A stretch of DNA of 64,000 nt from contig NC_043016.1 in the NCBI RefSeq assembly GCF_006345805.1, positions 3,596,001 to 3,660,000 of the forward strand, written 5' to 3'. Below are positions 51,210-63,700 of the stretch, in pieces. The translations under genes and the position numbers were made by a program. The stretch's first letter is position 1, and the number at the start of each line of letters is the position of its first letter. The stretch is from Octopus sinensis. Taxonomy: Eukaryota. Below the pieces are notes generated by a model that worked only from the letters and a program-made list of their open reading frames with translations, searched no databases and was not told the DNA's origin.

Positions 51210-52065
51210 CTAGCTTAAGGTGACCGCTCTACGCGCGGGTAAGAGTGTGGTTGTGTTTTCCGTTGCTTCCTTTCTGTTTTTTATCACCACCATTCTCCCT
51301 CTTTGTTTCTCTCTCCTTTCTCTCCCACTTTCCCACTCTCTTAATCTTCCTTTCTCTCGGACTCTCCCTCGCTTTCTCTTACTCTCCATCTTCTCTATCT
51401 ATCTCTTCTCCATTTATAAACAACAAAAATCTTGAGTAAGTTGAGAAATAAAATATTTGAAAGATCAATCATAAATAGCAGGCAGTGACAACGGAAAGGT
51501 CTGCTTCAAGGCAGACAGCAAAACACTAAAATTTAAAAGGGACAGACGAAGTTGCAAGCTGAATAAAAATAAAATATATTGGAAACCAAAGTTTGAAGGA
51601 GTAGAATTGAGGATAGTATAGTCACCATGGCTGGCATTTCTTAACGACGGACAGCAACGTAGTGGCAGTTTAAGGCTGGGCGTAAAAATTTTGAACTTGA
51701 TGTAAAAGAATATCCTAAACACTAAGTTTTGAAGTGATTCTTTCTCACGACAGTAGACTCACCAAAGCAAGCATTCAAAACTTCTTCATAATGGACGGCA
51801 AACACATTGAAGATTTAAAGGCTGGCGCAAATTTTTTAGCTTGATGTAACAGAGAATTCTTAAACACCCGCTCCTGTAAATTTTAATTCCTTTCCAGCCC
51901 CATTTAGACCCCTTTTCACATTTTGGTTAATATAACCCGATTTCATTCAGGTCTACTCGGGCCACATTTTATGAGGAAAAAAATAGTTGCCATGCAAACT
52001 CGCCACCACTTTTAACATAGGTGTGCATATTTTCAGCTCAACCAACCACATAATGCACACATTAT

Positions 52066-52070
<5 letters not shown>
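51210..52070 (-). mobile_element. Non-autonomous Helitron, copy 2 (near-identical to copy 1)
   Basis: Same hairpin and CTAG at 51210-51213; 5' end lies in (TA)n. Confidence 0.75.
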
Positions 52071-52101
<31 letters not shown>

Positions 52102-52619
52102 GCATTATATATACATATTTATATATAGAACACACACACACACATATAGAAATTAACCCAATAAATATCTGACCCATAATATTTGTTCTCATGATTCTGT
52201 GGTGGTTGTGGCGATAATAAAACTCTCTATGAATGCAGACATACATACAGAGAGAGAGAGAGAGAGAGAGAGAGGGGAAGCGGTAGAGGAAAGAGGGATA
52301 GCGCTGGCGAAGGCAGTAGGGGAAAGATAGTAGACGTTGTCAAATGACGTTATAGAGAGATTGTGAAAGGAAGGGAGGAAAGAGAGAGACACGGAGGAAG
52401 ACAGACAGATAAGAGAATGAGAGGAGACTTGTCAAAGTGTGTGTTTTTTGCCCTAGTAACGACACCTTTTAAGATAGGGATTTCTAACCTAGCCCACTCG
52501 CATCTTCACCTCATTTTACATGTCCCTGTAAACTTTGGAGTCAATCCCACGGGATCTAGTGCCCTTTAACTCGTTCCAATGCCAAAACCAGACAAACGTT
52601 TTGCATTTCAGATTTATAG

Positions 52620-55440
52620 ATATTGATGTTATATTTTCCGTATACTATATTAGATAAAATAGTAGTCAGTGTAACGTCAGACTGGCTACTATGTAGTTTC
52701 TTTGGGTACTTTTCCTTAGTTGTATTTTTTATTAGCCCAAATGACATACACAAATGACTGGGCCTATGAGAGAAGTTCCAGTCTTCAACAGATTTCGTAT
52801 TGTTCACCGCAGCACTTCGTTCGTGATTACATTTGTTGCGTTAAAGTATATCTTTTTCAGTTCTCATCTCACTCTACTGTAGTTCATCATTTTCTGTTCC
52901 TCTTACTTGATATATTTTGACTTGAGGATTGGTGGGTCAATAAATCACATATAATATATTTCTTGTACACACAGACAGAATATCTGGCCTATTGTGTACT
53001 ATCACATAGTCAGTTGGTTTTGTACGTCACAGTCCCAGAGGACTTTGTGACTTTTCGTGATCTATGCTTATACCAGTTGACCTCACTAGTCTGAGCCCAT
53101 GTTTTTGCACCATTTTGGAACATTTTGATGTTACATGAAAAATTTGACTCGTCCCTTAAACTGCACAATCTACACTTTGTCAATATTTTTCATTATCCAA
53201 GACCTTAATCCTGGACTGTAAATATCAATCCCAATGTTTTGTCAAGAAGACTTTTTGTTGCTACTTCCAGGATTCAATATTTTCATTCTTTCTATATCCC
53301 TTATAATTTTTCCATGTAACATTTTCTTTTTCCACAATTATCATTTTGTTTCTTCCTAACAAATAGTTTCCACACTTAGCAATAAACCTTTTTAATGCAC
53401 TTATTAGTCTTCATTGGCTATATACTTGGTCAGGTCTTCTTCCTCATGCTTAATACATTCAGTTATGCTTAGCAGGCGTCTTTCGCATTCTTTTCTGACG
53501 ATGTATATTATCTATGCATTATTCTGGGGGTACTGCCATTAAGCTCTTGTTCTCGCCTTCCTGTCTATTTATGCAACTCTTCTGCTAGTCTGCTATACCC
53601 ACAACTGTACTTTTAAATGACATTGTCCATAAATTTATAGCTATTATGACGTTGCCTCCATTGAATTTTGAATACGCCATTTTTCTAATGTTTGCAGTTT
53701 TATCCGGTTAATGTATTTCATGTTGCTATGAAGTATTTTATCTGCTTCCAAGATACGAGGGGCATTCAATAAGTAATGCCCCTGACCCACTTCCCATAGC
53801 AGTAGAGCAACGACACTTGGCACAGTTATTAGTCTTCTTTTACATAGGAACCACCCAGAGTTACGCATTTCTCCCATCGTTTGATGCAGCTCTAGAGACC
53901 GTTTTTGTAGAAGACCCCAGCTTGGTCCTCCAACCACGACCTGACTTCAGAAATCAAGGCTGCATCATCTGGGAAACGCTTTCCTTTCAAAAACAACTTC
54001 ATGGCTGGGAAGAGGTGAAAATCCGAGGGTGCAAGGTCAGGAGAGTAGGGGGGTGGGGGAGGAGTTATAGCCGCACGCCTGTGCTTCTGATCTGGCGACC
54101 ATCGAGTTGTGGACCGGAGCGTTGTCCTGCAGGAGGAGGATGTCTTTGCTGATCTTGCCCCGCCTCTTAATTTAGATAGCTTCTCTTAATTTCCTCAAAA
54201 GTGAAGCATTATAGGCTCCTGTAATTGTGGTACCCTTTGCCAGGAAATCTGTCATCTCTACTCCGTCCTGGTCCCAGAAGACTGTGAGCATGACCTTGCC
54301 AGCGGAGGGCTGCACCCTTGCCTTCTTTTGAGGAGGTGAGTCACGGTGTTTCCATTGCATTGACTGGGCTTTGGTCTCTGGATCATGGTGATGGACTCAG
54401 GTTTCATCCTGTGTAATCAGTCTTTTGAAAAATGTTGACTCATCTTCTTGGCATATCTCCAAATTCATCCTTGAGCACTCGACGCGTTCTTGCTTCTGGA
54501 AAGGTGTGAGCAACCTGGGAATCCATCTGGCAGACACCTTTTGCATATGCAAATGGTCATGAATGATAGTTTCCACAGACCCGGTACTAATCTTGACCTC
54601 ATGGGCTATTTGGAGAATAGTTATGCGTCTATCTTCCAAAATGGCAGCCTCAACTTTACGGACAGATGCCTCATCAATGGCAGAAGGAGGGTGACCAGAT
54701 CTGGGGGCTGTTTCCACAGAGTTCCGACCATGTTTGAATTCACGATGCCATCGTTTTACAAGGTCATATGATGGGGCATCATCACCATAAGTTACTTTCA
54801 TTTCATCAAAAGTCTCCCGTGGTGTGCGTCCTTTCAAATACAAAACCCGGATCACTGCTCGACACTCAACAGGTTCCATTTCACACTTGACACATTTCAA
54901 ACACCTGTAAATCAGAAACCACAATTAGCTGTAATTTGCCACGTAATCTATAGAGATATAAATAATTGCACATGCAAAATTTCATCAAGATCAAACAATT
55001 GCAAGTGGGTCAGGGGCATTACTTACTGAACGTCCCTCGTACCATGGTATTTATACCTTTTATGCCAATAAACTCTTTGAAGATGAAAACTATTTCACCT
55101 TTTCTAGCTACCTTTCGATGTTTCAATGCCAATTGACCACATTTCACTCAAATTTCATCTTTATACTTGCTGAATAAATTCTCAATGCATTTCGCCAATT
55201 TTTCTGCTTTTAGTTACTTCCACAAAAGTTACCTCTTTCTTTTCTTACGCTTGCCCTAAAATGTATCCGTTCTTTTTCATTTCTCAGAATATTAGTTGGA
55301 GCAGCCTAATTACGAACAGCAGCAGCAAAAGGCCGTCACTTGAGAGATTCCTCTTTTTTTTTTTAACTTCTCCAAATTTTTCATTATTTTCTTTTTTTCA
55401 ATTCTGTATTTCAATGTCTGTGATCTTTTCTCTAAATTTT
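52620..55440 (-). mobile_element. Degenerate R4/Dong element split by a mariner
   Basis: KRGISQ..LLFVI, GYKYHG/ILEAD joined across the insertion, IDRK.R and HNRPDIL. Confidence 0.75.
53756..55039 (-). mobile_element. Full-length mariner (DD34D), 1284 bp, transposase 53829-54879 with few lesions
   Basis: TA TSD on both sides; 37-bp TIR CGAGGGGCATTCAATAAGTAATGCCCCTGACCCACTT with 3 mismatches; WIPRLL, TQDET*, QDNAPVH and YSPDLAPSDFHLF. Confidence 0.96.
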
Positions 55441-55465
55441 CCATTTCTTGCTTTCACTTCTGTGA

Positions 55466-56295
55466 TTATTCCCTCCGCCATAGCGAAGGCAGTGGTATTG
55501 TTTCAGTCGTGTTTGTTTGCTTCTTTGGCTATGGACAACAGATCTCAAAAACCGCTGGATGGATTCGGATGAAACTTTCAGGGATGTTTAGCCTCATGAC
55601 TGGCATGAACTGATTAGATTTTGGGATCGATCCAGTACCGGACAAGGATTCTGGATTATTTGTTATATTTATTTTACATGATTACGATCTTACGTTCACT
55701 TCCAAGTCTTTCTCAATTATCTCCTTGTAGGCTATGTCCAAAGTTTTATTTTTGTTTCTTTATTATTGATTTTGTTCGCGTCTCTATCATAGTAGAAACT
55801 GATGGATAAAGAAATCAAACTACATGAACAAATGGCAGCAAAACTGATCAGAAATTAAATAACGCTAACATATTTTTATAATATATATATGTAGGCTGTG
55901 TGGTAAGTAGCTTGCTAACCAACCACATGGTTCCGGGTTCAGTCCCGCTGCGTGGCATCTTGGGCAAGTGTTTCTGCTATAGCCCCGGGCCGACCAATGC
56001 CTTGTGAGTGGATTTGGTAGACGGAAACTGAAAGAAGCCTGTCGTATATATGTATGTATATATATATATATGTATGTGTGTATGTGTTTGAGTGTCTGTG
56101 TTTGTACCCCTAGCATTGCTTGACAACCGATGCTGGTGTGTTTACGTCCCCGTCACTTAGCGGTTCGGCAAAAGAGACCGATAGAATAAGTACTGGGCTT
56201 AGAAAGAATAAGTTCCGGGGTCGATTTGCTCGACTAAAGGCGGTGCTCCAGCATGGCCGCAGTCAAATGACGAAACAAGTAAAAGAGTAAAAGAG

Positions 56296-56373
<78 letters not shown>

Positions 56374-56940
56374 TATTATATTATATTATATCATATTATA
56401 TTGTATTATTATATTATATTATTATATTATATTATATTATACATTCATATTAACACTTTACAGTATATTTATTTATATATATACATTATACATTTATCTA
56501 AAAACATCAGGAATACTAAAAGAAGGCCGGGATTTAAGAGAAGAGAAAACCAAACTACCACATGCTATTCATTTTTAAAATTCTTGAGTAGAAATTATTT
56601 ATTACCGCTGCCTTTGAAACTATTTTGAATGGTGAATTATTACTTTGGCTTGCATTAGATAAGGATAGACTATTTATTACTGTTACTAATTTTTCTACAG
56701 CCACCTTCACATTCCATGACTATCATTGGGATCGAACAGGTACCAGACAAGGATTCTGGATTATTTTCCGTTTTTAAGTTAATTTCTGAGAGCGGTCGGG
56801 TTCATTTTTGGCATTGTCGTTTGGGAGAGCAGTCGAGTTTATTTCAGGTATTCTCATTTTAAAAATCATCTTTGGCTAATCGTTGAGAAGACGTTGGTGC
56901 TGCCTTGGCGGAGGTTTGCGATCTCTGAGTGCTCTTGTTG
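55466..56940 (+). mobile_element. Helentron-associated non-autonomous element (HINE/DINE-1-like) with nested insertions
   Basis: Sub-terminal inverted repeats CCTCCGCCA (55472) and TGGCGGAGG (56906); 3' hairpin gcg.tctctgagtgc; T-rich flanks. Confidence 0.7.
55894..56294 (+). mobile_element. CORE-type tRNA-derived SINE
   Basis: B-box GGTTCAGTCCC; CORE-like cttgggcaagtg; internal (TA/TG)n; tail ggcggtgctccagcatggcc and (AGTAAAAG)n. Confidence 0.85.
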
Positions 56941-56973
56941 TTATCATCATCATCATCAGCAGCAGCAGCAGCA

Positions 56974-57023
<50 letters not shown>

Positions 57024-57032
57024 TTATTATTA

Positions 57033-57510
57033 TTGAGTGAGGGAGCAGTACATACCAACAAAGTAACACTGGGGCAAAATATATGTAGCCCAGTATATTC
57101 ATTATGACTACCCGTCTGATAAGGTTACACCAAGCACAGGTATCACAACCATATGTGCAAGACATGGTGATTCCATATCAAGATAAAATGTGTATGACCT
57201 TTCAGGTGGGGCCCAGTTTAGAATTTCTTCGGGTCGAGTAGCCCATCCCGTTAAAAGGTCCCTGAATAAGGATCGTTAAGGATGTTGAACGAAACACCAT
57301 ATTTCCAAAGGTGAATTATCCAAACCCAAAGAATTTATCTCAACAAATGACTATGATACTCCCCCACTACATCTGTTCGTCATCAGAGATGCACATATCG
57401 TCTGCTACCAAGAGACATTCACAACAGGTTATGGTCAAACAACTGACAAGAAACTTTGTAGTATTGAGCAAAATATTTGCTGCAGCCTGGCTCCTAAGTT
57501 TTCTTTAAAA
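57033..57510 (-). mobile_element. Second copy of the ~530-bp (AAT)n-associated element
   Basis: Reverse complement of 41480-41958; abuts the (CTA)n(TTA)n tract at 56940-57032. Confidence 0.85.
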
Positions 57511-57949
57511 TTTATTGTTTTGTTATTTGGTATTCGAAATTTTGTTGGACTGCTTATAAATAAGCCATCTCGCTTTGCTTGCAGCTAAAATGTAACCTTT
57601 AAGGGTAAATTTTGGGATTTAACATTTAAAATTTATTATTTCAAAACAAAGCAATAATATTGCTTCTAATTCGAGAGAAGTAATGGCTGTTGGAACAGCT
57701 ATTATGACATTTTTCCACCGCTAATTGATATGGCCGACAGACAAATCACAGACAACAACAAAATATCATTAACAACCGCAAAAGGAGCAACAGCAACGGC
57801 GACGAGCTAAATAATGTTAAAAGTGACCAAACCACGACCTCCATCACTACTCAAACGCTAACACCACCACCATCACTACCACTACTACCGTCACCACCAA
57901 CACAAAAATGAATACAAGGATATTAGCGTCCGTTCTTTTTAAACAGCAA

Positions 57950-59575
57950 TCCTCAAGAATGAAGAATTGCAGCTAATTCTGATATATCTCAGTTGGAGAG
58001 TACTTAAAATAAAGATAGCAGAGGTGCTGAATTGGACATCGCCTTGTTGGCGGCAACCGTGTTATACAACAGAGTAAACAAAACAATAATTCTCTAAATA
58101 CATAAAATTGGAAAGGAAAATTGGTTATGGCGTGAATGGAATTATGGATACACGCCGATCAGAATAATCGAAGCCATGCCGGACTTCATCAGCCTCCGAA
58201 TGGTACGGTTATTCGAAACAGTCGAGTGTAGAAAGCTGAGATGCCATTTAAAGCTTTCTGTTCTATCAAAGAAAAGTAAAACCTCCGCTGCAGCATGCTT
58301 CTCTAACACAATAACATCTAAACCAACAGCAGTACCACCAAATACAACAACACTAACAGCATCAATGCCAAAAGCAGCAGTGGCCAAAACAACAACAGCA
58401 TTAACAGAAGCAGCAGCAGCAGCAGCAGGAGAAATCTATTCAACACCATCTGCATCAAGCACCGGTACCACACTGGAGAAAAACAGTAACTTCAACTGCA
58501 CAATCTAACGGAGAGAAGCCTCATCCGCACCATTCGATCAGGTTTAGAAATGTGCAACTGTGCAAACATACCTTTAACCCGGCCACAGACTCGCTCAAGG
58601 CAATAACTCATCTAGCGAGGAAAACAGATTGGGGAAACCGCCAGAATGGTGTCAGGTAACTAGAAAAAGAAAACATTGCAAAATTAAAAGCGAGGTACAA
58701 GATTAAAACGAAAAAATTAGAGAACAAGGTACAGAAACCAGTATGCTAGTTCAGACACTCTACGACAACACAATTATAAGCATTTACAACACCACGGAAG
58801 TCACCAGAATTGCAAACCTCACAAGAAACAAAAATTCATAGCAATCCAAACCACCGGCATGAACAGTACCTCTAAAGCATCACTAGTTTCACGGTCATAG
58901 TCACAAACAACAATAACTTAACAAGACATTCAAAAATACACAGGCATTACTCTAAATGAATACATCGCATTCCCACATAACATTCATATCCACATAAAAA
59001 AAACTTATCAAAAAAACAAAAAAAAAAACAACGTAACAAGTTTGCAACAAACTGAAAACAAACTATCCCAAAGGACTGGAAGATTTTCGTAGAACCACAA
59101 GCAAAGGACTACAAGGAAATGCTCGTGGAGACGCCCAAATATAGTCAGAATGATAGAGGATCTGTCTCTCCATAGAAATAGCGTTAGTAATATTCTTCAT
59201 TCTCCTCTCTCTGAGAAACACGACCTTGCTGAGAATACGTAGTATAAATGCACGTGGCCTGGGGTCACTCTGGAAACGGCCATTTATTCTGTTACCTGAG
59301 TTCATAAAGTTTAGATGTACTGTTTGTCAGTGAGACTAGACTTTCCAATCGACAAGCTTTCATGTACATTTTCGGTGGATATGAGATTTCCATGTCAACT
59401 GGCAATGAAGGGTGTAACTGCAGTGTTAATCCGGAAAGGTTTGTATCTCAATATAAGGGTCATCTTCCTGGATCCAACAAGTAATCTGGTGGTCCTGAAT
59501 ATGAACAGAAGCTACGGGGATGCTTTCAGACTGGTAGCTGTCTATGCTCCGACAGGGGCAGGAATAGCCAGACTT
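57950..59575 (+). mobile_element. L1/Tx1-clade LINE 5' part: ORF1 remnant and APE start
   Basis: LRIRSINARGLG, VILDPTSNLVVL and AFRLVAVYAP (APE); upstream Thr/Ala-rich ORF1-like frames. Confidence 0.7.
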
Positions 59576-59579
59576 GGTG

Positions 59580-59900
59580 TAGGCCAGTAGATAAGGCTAG
59601 TATAAGTTATCCACTTTGTGATATGTACGGTTGACCTAAATAGGTATTATTAGGCACTCTTGCTTGTCTTTCCTAAAGTATATTATATCTGGCCCTCGGT
59701 GATTTAATACCTTATCTGTCTGGAAGTCAAAGTGGTATCCATACTTCCGGCATAGAAACCAGTGAAAATTTTGGGCTACATTGTCGTTTCTGTGCTTGTA
59801 CCCTTTTTGCACAAGACTTTCACAAGCACTAACAATGTGAGTCACGCTTTCGATCCTCTTTCCACACATTTTGCAGCTGAAACAGAGGAGGCGGATTTCA
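59580..59900 (-). mobile_element. R4/Dong CCHC-RLE fragment
   Basis: CKMCGKRIESVTHIVSAC..YKHRND.VA..HW.LCRKYG..FQTDKVLNHRGPDII. Confidence 0.8.
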
Positions 59901-59918
59901 TTAGGGTTAGGGTTAGGG
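59901..59918 (+). repeat. (TTAGGG)3 interstitial telomere-type repeat
   Basis: Direct read. Confidence 0.9.
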
Positions 59919-59919
59919 A

Positions 59920-61860
59920 TATTGAAGCCGAACTGAGGTGCATCAGGGATGACACCGAGTACATAGCGAAGGGCAGAAAATACGGCACCATTTTTGGTAC
60001 TATTCAAGTCAGAAGTCCTCGCTTTGAAACATTCGATGACCCCTTTGTAAAACCAGCAAGGTCATAATGCACCCTTCCCAAATAGGAAAACGAACAGCTT
60101 GTGTCCGCATCCCCGAGATTCCACCAGGACTTAAAATGTGGTGGCTTCTGGGATGCGTAATTGTGGAAGGGACCGATACCGTCCAGATAGAGGTGACAAG
60201 AAATGTCGAGGAGAATTGGTCCGGGGTTGACCTGGAGATACTTCACCAGATCAAGACCGAAAATGTAAAAAGAATCACCGACCACATCCGTCTCTAGAAC
60301 GGGACGATGATACATATAATGACTGACTGCAAAAGGCCGTATTGTTTCATTTGCGGAGAAACAACCCATTCGCGAGCGTTCTGCTCTCAACTGATAAAAG
60401 ATGCAAGGGACCGAAGGTCTCCATTGCTACTCTGCCGGGGCGAGGACCACCACCACCACCACCAACAACAACACCACCAAAACCACCAGCAACACTACCG
60501 ATGGAAATATCACCAACGATATTAGCCACACAGAGGGAAACGAGGAAATCTCTCCCAATCCCCCTCCCCTCAAAATTACACAGGAATAAAAACATAAACA
60601 CACAGACACAGACACACTTACAGTTGCAGATCCCCCATCTTGCAGTAGTGAAGACGGATGAATACCAAAATCCCCCGAACCAAAAAGAAAACATGAACAA
60701 ACTCCACAAATAAAAACACCTACTATCCAAAATGCAGATCACACTCACACAAACATCTCCCCAACTACACCAACACTACCACCGGTACCATTAACACCAC
60801 CAGAATCCCCCAAACGCAAGCAACATAAACAGACACATAAACAAATACACACAAACATCTGAAACCGCAGACACCGCACTTACAGCAAACACAGACTCAA
60901 CCGGAACAGCACTAATGAAGCCATCATCACCACAGTCCAGCAAACAAATAAAACCGCACCAAAAACACATACACAACTTCGTGCTTATCAAAAGGACAAA
61001 CGAGGAATTGATGGCCGTCGTAACACGAAGTAAAATAATTCAAACAGAGGCGGTAAGTTTGAATCGAAGACATTTCGCGTACCAGAAGGTTTGCTTCTGG
61101 AATGCGAATGTCGTTCGATTCATACAAAGGAATTCGAGCGAGCTTTCTTCTGGGGGTGCGAACCACGAATGTGAAATGCACATCGAGACTTTTAAAGGAG
61201 TACCCTAAAATTCCCTACCAAATATGAAGGTAGAACCACCCCACCTTCCCAAGACCCCAGGAAATAAGTAAACCTTTTCTCTCTCTCTCTTTTAGCCTGC
61301 CAACATGGCCATATTAAGAGTAAGAAGTTTAAATGTTCGTGGCCTGGGATTGTCCTGGAAGCTCGAAAGATGTTATCTGGTGGACGAAGCTGAAAGGAAT
61401 GAGGACAAAAAAATTCTTGTTTGGTAAAGCCCTCATCGACTTTTCAAGTTTCACTTGAAAAGGAAAGTGAGTGGGGAGAGAGAGGTGTTGTCTTCGAGTG
61501 AATGTATGAAAAAGTTGGCGAAAGTTGCGAAAATGGCAAGAGTGGATGGTGCCATTGCCAGTGTAGACACGTGAGCCGGAAGAAAGTCGTTGGACTGGGC
61601 TCTTGTCCTTAGTATGCAGGGTGATCTTCGATGGTGGGATCCTTTGATTATACCTAGAAGTCTTCCTGTATCAGGAGGACCTCACCACTATAACATTTTT
61701 TTATTTTCCCTCTTTTTCTAGTATCATATACTATATATACTTCTTCTAATGTATACCGCGTATACTTTTTATTTTATCACTCCATTATATGTAAGCCCAT
61801 CCCCCATTTTATGTCTGTCTTTGTATTGTCCCCTCATCCTTCGCCCTGGAGGCAAATGAA
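59920..61860 (+). mobile_element. L1/Tx1-clade derivative: ORF1 remnant, ORF2 almost wholly deleted, 3' UTR
   Basis: CKRPYCFICGETTHSRAFC knuckle; MAILRVRSLNVRGLGLSWK joined at ~61368 to KDVIWWTKLKG..GKALIDFFKFHLKRKV. Confidence 0.78.
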
Positions 61861-61861
61861 A

Positions 61862-61886
61862 TCATTATTATTATTATTATTATTAT

Positions 61887-61958
<72 letters not shown>

Positions 61959-62016
61959 CAGCAGCATCATCAGCAGCAGCAGCAGTAGTGATAGTAGTAG
62001 TAGTAGTAGTAGTAGT
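61862..62016. repeat. (TTA)/(GTA)/(GCA) compound microsatellite
   Basis: Direct read. Confidence 0.96.
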
Positions 62017-62690
62017 ACGTGCATTAAATTATACTTTCGGAAAAACATTCCTAAAGTCGGACTACAATAAATAACCTCGAATGTCAAGAGCTCACGTAAG
62101 TTGTCCCTAACAGCCACTGTTTCCAGAAGCTATATTAAATTAAGTTTTATGCCTATTTCCTCTATTCATCTGTTAAAATCTTTAGGAATAGATCCTAATA
62201 TACCTATAACTATAGGCATACATTTTACCTGCACTTTTCATGACCTTCGTAACTCAACGACTAGGTTCTGGTACCTTGCTATTTTCTCTATATCTTTCAT
62301 ATTGACATTCTCATCATTTGGGACTGTAAAATCAATTGTCTGGCACTTATGGTTCTTTGTCTACTACTACCACTACTACTACTACTACTAAATCAGGCCA
62401 TCTGGCTTCTGTGAAACTGTCAGTTTGAATGTTAAAATCCCACATCATACGTCTCATACTTTCTGACACTTTACAAGGATCATATTCTTACCACTAAGTA
62501 TGGTCAAATTCTCGCTTTCTGCATAACTTCCAGTGGATTATTCTCCTTAGGTTGTTATGGCTTTTCTTGTATTCTTTTGGCAGTAGGAGATGGGCTTATC
62601 TGTTTAGAGATGACTTTTTGGTAGAACACCACATCCGAGTTCTTTGAATGGATATGTTTCTCATATTGTAATAGCATGAGACTTATAGAA
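62017..62690 (-). mobile_element. R4/Dong 3' fragment
   Basis: KEYKKSHNNL..IHWKLC..MWDFNIQTD..RWPDL(V9)DK..IDFTVPNDENV..EKIARYQNL..PIVIGILG. Confidence 0.82.
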
Positions 62691-62700
62691 CGATATTTCC

Positions 62701-62923
62701 GGCAGAAACGTTAGCACGCTGGGTGAAATGCATAGCGATATTTCGTCTGCCGCTACGTTCTGAGTTCAAATTCCGCCGAGGTCGACTTTGCCTTTCATCC
62801 TTTCGGGGTCGATTAAATAAGTACCAGTTACGCACTGGGGTCGATATAATCGATTTAATCCATTTGTCTGTCGTCCTTGTTTGTCCCCTCTGTGTTTAGC
62901 CCCTTGTGGGTAGTAAAGAAATA
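62701..62923 (+). mobile_element. tRNA-derived SINE (11969 family), well preserved
   Basis: gagttcaaattccgccgaggtcgactttgcctttcatcctttcggggtcg..agtaaagaaata. Confidence 0.9.
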
Positions 62924-63409
62924 AATTATTTTTATTTTTATTTTTCTGTAGATATGTCTCCTGGCATGACAGAATAGTAATGGTTTAAACTTGTGATTAT
63001 TTGCTCCTTTTGTGATTATTCGTGGAATGTCGTTTTCCTTTGCTTATTACACGTGTTTTTTTCTTTTTTATATTTGTGTGTGTAAAAGTTATTTACATAG
63101 TATATAAATATTATTACGTGGACATATATGCATAAACAGGTGGGTGTATGCGTAATTAATTAATTTATTTATTTAGTGTGTACACAGCGTGTTTCCTTGT
63201 TATTATCGAGGTTTCTAATGTCGATTTCAGCATTTCATGCGTGTTACTGTGAGATATGCATAGAAGAAACTATGCTTTATTTAACAATAATCTTACTATT
63301 TTTTAGATGACTTGCTTTAAAAGAACGTTTCCCTCAGTTTCATTGCCAAGATTACTTTCCATTTCGTCCTGTAGAGAGAGCTTCTTCATGTTCGTCCATA
63401 TTGCTATTT

Positions 63410-63581
63410 AGCCCGCAGCTCCTCCTCCTTCACCACCTCCTCCTCCACCTTCTCCTCCTTCTCCTCTTCTTCTTCTTTTTCTTCTTCTTCTTCTCTTCCT
63501 CCTCCTCCTCCAACCCCTCCTCCTCCTCATGTTTCTGTTCCAGCTCCTCCTCATTATTATTATTATTGTTATTATTTTTAA

Positions 63582-63639
<58 letters not shown>

Positions 63640-63700
63640 GTTGTTGTTGTTGTTGTTGTTTTTGTTGTTTGCCGTCCAGCAGCAGCAGCAGCAGCAGTAT
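63410..63700. repeat. Compound trinucleotide microsatellite (CCT/CTT/ATT/GTT/GCA)
   Basis: Direct read. Confidence 0.96.

Noticed and set aside
49909-52031. ~1-kb tandem duplication (49909-50924 vs 51025-52031), suggesting tandem Helitron rolling-circle copies
   Set aside because: The copies sit either side of a 100-N gap, include the same flanking DNA, and differ mostly by 1-nt homopolymer indels. This is typical of an unmerged contig overlap; long reads would settle it.
52560-52900. piggyBac end (TTAA plus Cys-rich tail)
   Set aside because: No matching second TIR, and the adjacent minus-strand sequence reads as R4 RLE motifs.
58176-58508. Mucin-like Thr/Ala-rich host protein
   Set aside because: Lies upstream of a LINE APE start, in the position of the low-complexity ORF1 seen in the other Tx1-like copies; no splice evidence.
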